From: Gemmata obscuriglobus
Lineage (GTDB): Bacteria > Planctomycetota > Planctomycetia > Gemmatales > Gemmataceae
Assembly: GCF_008065095.1 (NCBI RefSeq)
Contig: NZ_CP042911.1
Coordinates: 8,550,001-8,582,000, forward strand
Reading direction: 5' to 3'
Length of the DNA: 32,000 bases
Shown: in pieces, positions 25,815 to 32,000 of the stretch
Position numbering within the stretch: the stretch's first letter is position 1
Layout of the letters: each line of letters starts with the position of its first letter
The notes under the pieces: model-generated
Seen by the model: only the letters and a program-made list of their open reading frames with translations
Database searches by the model: none
What the model was told of the DNA's origin: nothing
Made by a program: the position numbers and the translations under genes

Positions 25815-26813
25815 TTAAGTCACTATGCAGTGGCCCAGACGCATCATCAGAACAAGCCAGAGCATCGTTGCGCTGTCACCACCGGTAGCAGACACCGTAA
25901 GTTCGATTACACCCGCGGCCCCCTGACGGGCCTTGAGCTTTGCCTCCGGCATCGTCCATTCGGCTTTAGTGGCTTTGAGCGCACCTTCGGCACTCGACAG
26001 GTAGCGGATGTGCGCGGTGCTTCCGGAATCGGCGTCGAGCCAGAAGGTGAAGCCAACGGCTTTCGCGTCGCTCCCGCCGGGGGCAATCGGCGAGGTCGGG
26101 TCCTCTTTGGCAAAGTCCGCCTGATAGTGCCGAATCGCCCAGACACGCGCCTTGGAGTTAACATGCTTCCATTCGGGAAGGTGATTCGGAAGGGCGCGTG
26201 TAGCGGGCTTCTTGTCGATGCGCCTTAATGTCTCTTCGAGATATTTTTGGTTCGTCGCGCAGATCAAAACGTTTGGCAGTGGCCGGCAGACGAAATAGGA
26301 CCACGTTGCGTCTTCGGTAAATACGGCTACCTTGAACCCGGCCAACTCGATCGTCTTATTTGCCTTGTTTTGGCACTCCTGGACGCTTTTCTTGAGAGTC
26401 GCGTCCGCTTCGCTGTCGAACTGGAAAATGTGACAGCCTTCGTAAGGCATCAGCCCGAACTCTTCCGGCTTTGTGAAGCGGCGGCTGCCCTCGACAACAC
26501 ACAGTACCGTTTGCTCGGCTAACAACTCTCCGAGCAGGCCATCTTTTAAGGTAAAGAGCGGCAGGGATGGCATGTGTTGGACTAAATCTGCAAAGCTTAC
26601 TTGTTTGTCGCTTTCCACTTTTTGGCTTGGGATTTTAAAGCCAGTCGGCGCGACAATAAGGGTTTCTGTGTCTTCGGGTAGCCACTCCAAGAAAACTTCC
26701 CATCGGGCCGGCGCAGGTGCGCGCGGGACCGGCGCCGCAGACGTTTCTTTCGGTGTCACGCAGGCGGTGAGACCGAAAAGAGCGAAAGCAAGGCCGAGAT
26801 GCCGACAGAACAT
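25815..26813 (-). CDS. Lipoprotein of unknown function (332 aa), compositionally AT-richer than its neighbours
   Basis: ATG at 26813 is preceded by GGGAG-N7. MFCRHLGLAFALFGLTAC has a lipobox (L-T-A-C). The sequence is visibly less GC-rich than the flanking genes. No domain recognised. Confidence 0.7.
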   Translation of the reverse strand: MFCRHLGLAFALFGLTACVTPKETSAAPVPRAPAPARWEVFLEWLPEDTETLIVAPTGFKIPSQKVESDKQVSFADLVQHMPSLPLFTLKDGLLGELLAEQTVLCVVEGSRRFTKPEEFGLMPYEGCHIFQFDSEADATLKKSVQECQNKANKTIELAGFKVAVFTEDATWSYFVCRPLPNVLICATNQKYLEETLRRIDKKPATRALPNHLPEWKHVNSKARVWAIRHYQADFAKEDPTSPIAPGGSDAKAVGFTFWLDADSGSTAHIRYLSSAEGALKATKAEWTMPEAKLKARQGAAGVIELTVSATGGDSATMLWLVLMMRLGHCIVT

Positions 26814-26854
26814 CCGCACGCTCCCATGCGCCCCGTTCGTCATTCCTTGACGCC

Positions 26855-28690
26855 CTAACACGTAGCCGATTTCGGCGGGATCACGTCGCGCTCGTCGAGG
26901 ATCTCGTAGCTGTAGCCTTGCTCCGTCAGGAACATTTGGCGGTGGTGGGCGAAGTCGAGTTCGCGGGTGTCGCGCGTCACCAGCGTGAAGAAGTGCGCCT
27001 CGCCGTCGCCGCTGCTCTTGGGGCGCAGGATGCGCCCGAGGCGCTGCGCCTCCTCCTGGCGCGAGCCGAACGTGCCGCTCACCTGGATCAGCACGTTCGC
27101 GTCAGGCAGGTCGATCGCGAAGTTCCCCACCTTGCTCAGCACCAGGTGCCGGACATCGCCGCGGCGGAACTTGCCGTACAGGTCTTCGCGCTCGGCGTTG
27201 CCGGTGCTGCCCGTAATCATCGGGATCTCGAACCGCTCGCTCAGCCGCTTCAGTTGCGAGAGGTACTGCCCGATCACGATCACCCGCTGGTCGTGGTACC
27301 GCTTCAGCAGCTCGGCCACGACCTCGTCCTTGGCGACGTTCTCGCTGGCGATGCGGTACTTGGCCCGGTGGTCGGCGACCGCGTACTCCATGCGGGTGGA
27401 GTCGGTCGGCAGTGCGACGCGGATCTCGCTGCAACTGGCGGACGCGATCCAACCCTTCGTTTCCAGCTCGCGCCAGGGCACGTCGTATTTCTTCGGGCCG
27501 ATGAGCGAGAACACGTCGCCCTCGCGGCCGTCCTCGCGGATGAGCGTGGCCGTGAGCCCGAGCCGGCGCCGGGCCTGGATCTGCGCCGTGACGCGGAACA
27601 CCGGGGCCGGGAGCAGGTGGACCTCGTCGTACACGATGAGGCCCCAGTCCCGCTGCTCAAACAGCCCGAAGTGCGGGAACGCCTCGGTCTTGTCCGGGCG
27701 GTAGGTGATGATCTGGTACGTCGCCACCGTCACCGGCCCGATGTCCTTCGTTTCGCCGGTGTACTCCTTCACCTCGTCTTCGGTCAGCGTGGTCTTGTCG
27801 ATGATCTCGCGGCGCCACTGCTTCACCGCGGTGATGCTGGTGGTGAGTACGAGCGTGTTCTTCTGGAGCAGGCACATGGAGGCGATGCCGACAACGGTTT
27901 TCCCGGCGCCGCACGGGAGCACGATCACCCCGCTGCCGCCGCGCACGTCGCCGCCCGCGTGGAACACGTCGGCGGCCTCGCGCTGGTAGTCTCGCACCCG
28001 GAACGGGACGCCGCTCGCCGCGGTCTCGCGCAGCTCCATCGGCAGCATCGCGCCTTCGGTGTACCCTGCGATATCTTCCGCCGGGTAGCCCACCGTGATG
28101 AGCGCCTGTTTCAGCACGCCGCGGAACGCCGGGGAGACCCCATACGTCGTGTCGTCGATCTTGTCGCCGAGGAACTCTTTAACCTTCTTGTTGCGGGCCA
28201 GTTCCGCCAAGAGCGGCTTGTCGGGGCACACGAGCTTGAGGTGCTCGGCGTCGATGCGTTCGAGCTTGACGCGGCCGTACCGCGACACCGTTTCCGCGAT
28301 GTCGGTGGGGATGTTCTGCGGGATCGGGAACTTGGTGTACTTCTGGAGTACGCCGACCACCTCGTCCGCGCTGAACCCCGCGGCGGCGGCGTTCCAGAGG
28401 GACAGGTTCGAGATCCGGTACGTGTGGATGTGCTCGGGACTCTTCTCGAGTTCCGCGAACGGCGCGATGGCGTCGCGCGCCTCCGTGTACTTGGGGTTGT
28501 CTACCTCCACCAGCACGGACCGGTCCGATTGCACGATGAACGGGTTCGTCGGATCGAACGTCATTGGGGCCGCCGGCGCGGGCGCAGCTTTCGTGATCTT
28601 CGGCGGCATTGTCACCGTCGGGGTGGGGTCCGCCGGCACTCCGCCCGGCGCGAACATCCCATAGTAACGGCGCGCGCCGCGCAGCGACAA
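26855..28690 (-). CDS. XPB/Ssl2 (ERCC3, Rad25)-type superfamily-2 DNA helicase
   Basis: Damage-recognition-like N-terminal domain, Walker A LPCGAGKT, DEVH box, the XPB-specific RED motif (LIREDGRE), and helicase motifs V/VI (QEEAQRLGRILR). The true start is probably downstream of 28690 (ATGs at 28657, 28609, 28564). MTFDPTNPFIVQSD at 28564 resembles the start of other bacterial XPBs. Confidence 0.9.
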   Translation of the reverse strand: MSLRGARRYYGMFAPGGVPADPTPTVTMPPKITKAAPAPAAPMTFDPTNPFIVQSDRSVLVEVDNPKYTEARDAIAPFAELEKSPEHIHTYRISNLSLWNAAAAGFSADEVVGVLQKYTKFPIPQNIPTDIAETVSRYGRVKLERIDAEHLKLVCPDKPLLAELARNKKVKEFLGDKIDDTTYGVSPAFRGVLKQALITVGYPAEDIAGYTEGAMLPMELRETAASGVPFRVRDYQREAADVFHAGGDVRGGSGVIVLPCGAGKTVVGIASMCLLQKNTLVLTTSITAVKQWRREIIDKTTLTEDEVKEYTGETKDIGPVTVATYQIITYRPDKTEAFPHFGLFEQRDWGLIVYDEVHLLPAPVFRVTAQIQARRRLGLTATLIREDGREGDVFSLIGPKKYDVPWRELETKGWIASASCSEIRVALPTDSTRMEYAVADHRAKYRIASENVAKDEVVAELLKRYHDQRVIVIGQYLSQLKRLSERFEIPMITGSTGNAEREDLYGKFRRGDVRHLVLSKVGNFAIDLPDANVLIQVSGTFGSRQEEAQRLGRILRPKSSGDGEAHFFTLVTRDTRELDFAHHRQMFLTEQGYSYEILDERDVIPPKSATC

Positions 28691-28711
28691 GTCTAAGTCG
28701 CGCGGCGCGCG
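28671..28711. other. 12-bp all-G/C hairpin between the patatin stop and the XPB coding region
   Basis: cgcgcgccgcgc (28671-28682) pairs perfectly with gcgcggcgcgcg (28700-28711), 17-nt loop. It spans the track's XPB start codon, which argues for a downstream start. No U-tract. Confidence 0.4.
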
Positions 28712-28730
28712 GACGGGGCCGGTCAGCGGG

Positions 28731-30101
28731 TCACTTGTCCGTTCGCCCCGGGAGGGCCGGGACCGGCATCAGCCCCGGCGCGAGCCCCGGCGGGAACGTC
28801 GTCGGCTGGTCGTTGATGAAGACCAAACCCGGTCCGCGCCGCTGGTAGGTCAGGTCGGTTCCGTACCGGCCCAGCAGGCTCTCGCCGGGGCCGATGCACG
28901 GCGGGGTCGAGCGCCACGCCTCTTTCGCAGCGGCGAGGCGGTACCCCTCGTTAAACATCTCGGTCATCGGCCCGCGCTCGAACGCGGTGCTCGACGTCGG
29001 CGCCGGGAAGTCGCCGGGGATGGCCGCGAGGTGGTAGTTCATGCCCGTGACGAGCGCCATCAGGTACATGCGCTGGAGGTCGCCCCGGGTCTGGGCGTAG
29101 ATCACCGACGAGACGCTGCTGGCCGCGATCGTGAGCGACCGCTGCTTCAGCGGGGTCGCGTCCGCAAACAGCTTGCCCGCGACGATCATGTACAGGTCCA
29201 CGCCGACGAGGTCGGGGCCTTGTTTCGTGCGCTGTTCGGGCGGGACGAACGGCGGGCGGAAGAAGATCGACACCGTGGTGCCGCCGTCCCCGTGCTCCTC
29301 GACGTAGGTCTTGCCGTCCACGGTCACGGGGATCTTCGACGGGGGGAAGAACCCCGGGATCGCGGACGACCCGAGCAGCACCTTCTTGATCAGCAGGCGG
29401 TCGCCGGCGGTCCCGCGGTTGGCGATTTCGCCGATGTCCCAGAACACGAACCGCTTGCTCTCGAGTTCCGTGGTGCCGATGTACAGGCGGCGGCCCTTGC
29501 GGTGCTCCGCGGCGATCCGGCACACGACGTCCGGTGTGAGCACCTGTTCAACCAACTCCGCGAGCGGCCCGTTGTCGGCCAGCGCGAGGCTGAACAGCCC
29601 GCGCACCGGGCGGAGCGTGTAAACGTCCTTCTTTTCGATAGTGGTGTAGAACCGCTGGATCTGCGGGTCGTATTCGGGGCCGAGGAAGGCGAGCGGGGCG
29701 ATCAGCGCGCCTGTGCTGATGCCGGTGACGACATCGAAGTTGGGGCGGCCGTTGGTACCGGGGCGGTCGCCGCTCGCGGTCCAGCCGACGAGCACGCCGG
29801 CGGAGTACGCGCCGTAGGAGCCGCCCCCGGAGAGGCACAGCACCGACCGCCGCCGGGCGGCCTGTTCGGGTGTCGGCTTCTGTTTCAGCGATTCGGCCCG
29901 CGCGTACGCGGCCTCGTTCCCTCCGAGTTCGTCGGCGTCCATCTGGCCGCGAACGTCAACGAGGTCGTTAGTGCCTAACCCGGACCGAACCGGCGATCGG
30001 GCCTTCCGGAGCGAGCCGGTTTCGGTTTGGCACCCGATCAGCGCCCCGGCGAGGAGTGCGAGTGCGGCCGCGGAACCGGGCCGGAACGCGCGACGAGACA
30101 T
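28731..30101 (-). CDS. Patatin-like phospholipase, predicted lipoprotein
   Basis: LSGGGSYGAYSAG (GGGxxG oxyanion), GISTGA (GxSxG) and HGDGG (catalytic Asp). From the ATG at 30101: MSRRAFRPGSAAALALLAGALIGC with lipobox L-I-G-C. The track start at 30110 is a TTG. Confidence 0.9.
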   Translation of the reverse strand: MSRRAFRPGSAAALALLAGALIGCQTETGSLRKARSPVRSGLGTNDLVDVRGQMDADELGGNEAAYARAESLKQKPTPEQAARRRSVLCLSGGGSYGAYSAGVLVGWTASGDRPGTNGRPNFDVVTGISTGALIAPLAFLGPEYDPQIQRFYTTIEKKDVYTLRPVRGLFSLALADNGPLAELVEQVLTPDVVCRIAAEHRKGRRLYIGTTELESKRFVFWDIGEIANRGTAGDRLLIKKVLLGSSAIPGFFPPSKIPVTVDGKTYVEEHGDGGTTVSIFFRPPFVPPEQRTKQGPDLVGVDLYMIVAGKLFADATPLKQRSLTIAASSVSSVIYAQTRGDLQRMYLMALVTGMNYHLAAIPGDFPAPTSSTAFERGPMTEMFNEGYRLAAAKEAWRSTPPCIGPGESLLGRYGTDLTYQRRGPGLVFINDQPTTFPPGLAPGLMPVPALPGRTDK

Positions 30102-30108
30102 GTGCAAC

Positions 30109-30154
30109 AAACCTCCCTGGCCGGCGGGACGGAAGTCCCGCGAGCCGGAGGTTT
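30109..30154 (-). promoter_or_regulatory. SD-sequestering hairpin in the patatin 5' leader
   Basis: The minus-strand RNA reads AAACCUCC-ggcuc-GCGGGAC-uucc-GUCCCGC-cggccag-GGAGGUUU-guugcac-AUG. An 8-bp outer helix pairs the SD (GGAGG) with an upstream anti-SD, and it stacks on a 7-bp inner helix. Confidence 0.5.
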
Positions 30155-30255
30155 AGCACAGTGACAGAGAATTACCAGACGAGAGCGACGAAACGGCGCG
30201 GCGTGCTGGGAACGGCGCACATGAAGGAAAGTCCTGTGCGCGAGTCGAGATGCGC

Positions 30256-30339
30256 TTACTTGCGGTGCCGGATCCGGGAACGCATCCGACGCTTCTTCCG
30301 CCCAACCTTACGCCGTCCGGTTCCGCGTCGCCGCCCCAT
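30256..30339 (-). CDS. 27-aa Arg/Lys-rich micro-protein, bS22-like (AURKAIP1/COX24-type)
   Basis: Not in the ORF track (too short). My translation is MGRRRGTGRRKVGRKKRRMRSRIRHRK*. The ATG is preceded by CAGGAGCGAGCT (SD AGGAG, 7-nt spacing). It resembles the KKRRKRM..K.HRK pattern of mycobacterial bS22 as I remember it. Confidence 0.5.
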   Translation of the reverse strand: MGRRRGTGRRKVGRKKRRMRSRIRHRK

Positions 30340-30460
30340 AGCTCGCTCCTGAAGTCTGAATTGGTAACGTGAGGTTCGTGTTTCGTTTAAGAAAGAGAGG
30401 TTCTACGCCGCCGCCCGGCGCGCGACAAGCCCTGTCGCGTGTTCCTGGCGCCGCACCCGT

Positions 30461-30481
30461 CAGGGCCTTTCCTTATTTCAC
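30461..30481. repeat. Left terminal inverted repeat of the IS
   Basis: 19/21 match to the reverse complement of 31690-31710. Confidence 0.75.
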
Positions 30482-30541
30482 CTTGCTTACACGAGGGAAC
30501 GTGGCTATGTGGGGCGCCTTCTCGCAGCCAGGAAGGTACCC

Positions 30542-31688
30542 ATGTCTCCTTGCACCCTGGTCGATGCCCTGGCGGCGGTTCCCGATCCCCGCAGCAAGCA
30601 CGGCCTTATCCACCCACTCGCCCCCTTCCTCGGACTCGTCGCCCTCGCCATGCTCATGGGGCGCACCAGCCTCAATGGCATCGCTCGCTTCGGGCGACAG
30701 CACGGACCCGCCCTCGCCCATGCCCTCGGCTTCCGACGCGGCAAGACCCCGGCCGTTTCCACGCTCTCCCGCACCCTGCGACGCTTCGACGCCGACCAAC
30801 TGGAGCACGTCCTCTCGTACTGGATCGCCAGCCGCGTCGACCCGGCCGCCTTCACACACATCTCCATCGACGGCAAGACCCTTCGAGGCTCTCGCAACGG
30901 CGCGATCCCCGGTCAGCACCTGCTGGCCGCATACGCCCCCACCGTCGGTGCCGTACTCGCCCAGGTCAAGGTCGATGCGAGCACCAACGAGCACAAGGCC
31001 GCCTTGACGCTCCTCGGCATTCTGCCGCTGCGAGGGAAGGTCGTGGTCGGCGACGCCATGTTCTGCCAGCGAGACCTGGCCGAGGAGGTGGTCGGGGCCG
31101 GCGGCGACTACGTGCTCACGGTGAAGGACAACCAACCCGGATTGGGGATCGACATCCGAGCCGGGTTCGCCTTCGAGACCGCCGCCCGATCGATCGCGGC
31201 GGCCACTTCCCCCTGGGGATCGGCCTCCGCCCGCCCCGAGCCGCATCGCCACGACCGTCGATAAGGGTCACGGCCGCATCGAGAAGCGGACGCTGCAAAC
31301 GACCTCGATTCTGACGTGCTCGCCGACGTGGGCGGGGGTGAAGCAGGGCTTCCAGTTGACGCGTGAGCGGACGGTCCGAGGCCAAACGACGGTCGAAGTG
31401 CATTTCGGCATCACGAGCCTGTCGGCCGAGAAGGCGGATGCGGCCACACTCCTGAACCATGTGCGGACGCACTGGCGCATCGAGAACGAACTGCATTACG
31501 TGCGTGACGTGACACTGGGCGAGGACGCGTGTCGTGTGCGCATGGGGCACGCACCACAGGTGCTGGCGGCGCTGCGGAACGCCGTGGTGCACCTGTGGCG
31601 TGAGGTCAAGGCGGTGAGTTGCCCGGAGGCGATCGAGCGGCTCCAGATGGACCCGGCAATGGCCAAGGGACTTATCGGAGTTACGTAG
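30542..31688 (+). pseudogene. ISAs1-family DDE transposase interrupted by one frameshift
   Basis: N-terminal PDPRSKHG...HPLAPFLGLVALAMLMG (DDE_Tnp_1-associated type), ISIDGKTLRGS and VVGDAMFCQRD in the first frame (stop at 31262-31264). TTVDKGHGRIEKR ... HWRIENELHYVRDVTLGEDACR continue in the next frame (ends 31688). The shift must lie upstream of about 31250. A C5/G4 homopolymer pair sits at 31209-31218. Confidence 0.8.
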
Positions 31689-31689
31689 A

Positions 31690-31710
31690 GTGAATCAAGG
31701 AAAGGCCCTG
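31690..31710. repeat. Right terminal inverted repeat of the IS
   Basis: 19/21 match to the reverse complement of 30461-30481. Confidence 0.75.
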
Positions 31711-31863
31711 GGGTACCCGTTAGAACCCGTTCGACCGGCGCAAGCGGCGCCGCTCGCGAGCCCTCGGGGCGGTGGGACGATTCTCCGCCGGATGCGGGGG
31801 CACGCCGTAGCCGATAGCAGTATCGGCAGGGTTTGATGAGGTGCCGCGTGCCGGTGGTCCGGG

Positions 31864-31892
31864 TTGTCCGTATTTGGCACCGTCGATATACT
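31864..31892 (+). promoter_or_regulatory. Putative sigma70-like promoter (TTGTCC-N17-TATACT)
   Basis: -35 TTGTCC (31864-31869), 17-nt spacer, -10 TATACT (31887-31892), about 40 nt upstream of the ATG at 31932. Confidence 0.35.
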
Positions 31893-31931
31893 TTCTACTT
31901 GTTTACAATGCGCGGGACGGAGAGCGCCGCG

Positions 31932-32000
31932 GATGCGGTTCCACCTGATCGACCGAATCGACCGCTGCGAGCCGGGCAAGTCCCTCGCCGCCGCGAAGTT
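31932..32000 (+). CDS. Start of a FabA/FabZ-like hotdog-fold dehydratase (partial)
   Basis: MRFHLIDRIDRCEPGKSLAAAK resembles the MR..LIDRI.e.epGk...a.K N-termini of FabZ-family proteins. Only 23 codons are visible. Confidence 0.4.

Larger units (their letters stand above)
30461..31710 (+). mobile_element. ISAs1-family insertion sequence (about 1.25 kb) with a frameshifted transposase
   Basis: Terminal inverted repeats cagggcctttccttatttcac (30461-30481) and the reverse complement of gtgaatcaaggaaaggccctg (31690-31710) match at 19/21 positions and enclose a single DDE transposase reading frame. Confidence 0.8.

Noticed and set aside
26918-28696. 592-aa plus-strand ORF antisense to XPB. Similar long antisense ORFs lie at 8477-9874, 12754-14058, 13923-14777, 16213-17463, 18106-19272, 23626-24447 and 29031-29978.
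   Set aside because: All are Arg/Pro/Gly/Ala/His-rich, lack motifs, and mirror well-supported minus-strand genes. They are high-GC frame artefacts.
28731-30101. Patatin phospholipase next to a helicase, considered as an anti-phage effector (CBASS CapV-like)
   Set aside because: It has a lipoprotein signal peptide. No cyclase/nucleotidyltransferase, sensor or other defence-type gene is adjacent. The neighbouring helicase is a canonical XPB with repair-type partners.
30451-31720. Possible target-site duplication ACCCGT flanking the IS
   Set aside because: The left copy abuts the inverted repeat, but the right copy is offset by 4 nt (gggt). The ends cannot be fixed from a single copy, so no duplication is claimed.
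1-32000. Search for CRISPR arrays, rRNA, tRNA and tandem repeats across the whole window
   Set aside because: No regularly spaced direct repeats, no tRNA T-loop/acceptor signatures and no rRNA-like segments were seen on either strand.

Overview
High-GC bacterial chromosomal segment. The gene content suggests Planctomycetota, probably Gemmata-like: a DUF1800/DUF1501 pair, a TIGR02996-type LRR protein, many secreted hypotheticals, and GGAGG-type ribosome-binding sites. That assignment is inference only. Almost all genes from 8.3 kb to 30.3 kb lie on the minus strand. I support about 28 protein genes, all called from motifs I read in the translations with no database search. They are: a partial ROK regulator, two CsrA paralogs, a secreted esterase, a CX5R phosphatase-like protein, an AI-2E transporter, a tandem pair of membrane-anchored paralogs, a large GT-C-like membrane protein, a TIGR02996/LRR protein, a CE15-like glucuronoyl esterase, a YHS-DUF1800-DUF1501 cluster, a HAD-IIA hydrolase, a YdjM-like membrane hydrolase, an orphan Pol X 8-kDa HhH domain, an XPB/Ssl2 helicase operon, a lipoprotein patatin phospholipase, a 27-aa Arg/Lys-rich bS22-like micro-ORF absent from the ORF track, a frameshifted ISAs1-family IS with 21-bp inverted repeats, and a partial FabZ-like start. 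I found no rRNA, tRNA or CRISPR. The most interesting item is the XPB operon (23422-28690). It also encodes a 698-aa partner that contains XPB-N-terminal-domain-like modules, and a roughly 75-aa protein that is a paralogue of that partner's C-terminal domain. This mirrors the XPB-p52-p8 arrangement of eukaryotic TFIIH. A visibly AT-richer lipoprotein gene sits in the middle of the operon. Other points worth a second look: very long perfect intergenic palindromes (38-bp and 32-bp arms), a 150-nt nested multi-helix element ahead of an intrinsic terminator, an SD-sequestering hairpin upstream of the patatin gene, a GGA-rich stretch next to the second csrA, and the tandem DVWN paralog pair with a conserved 10-nt leader.
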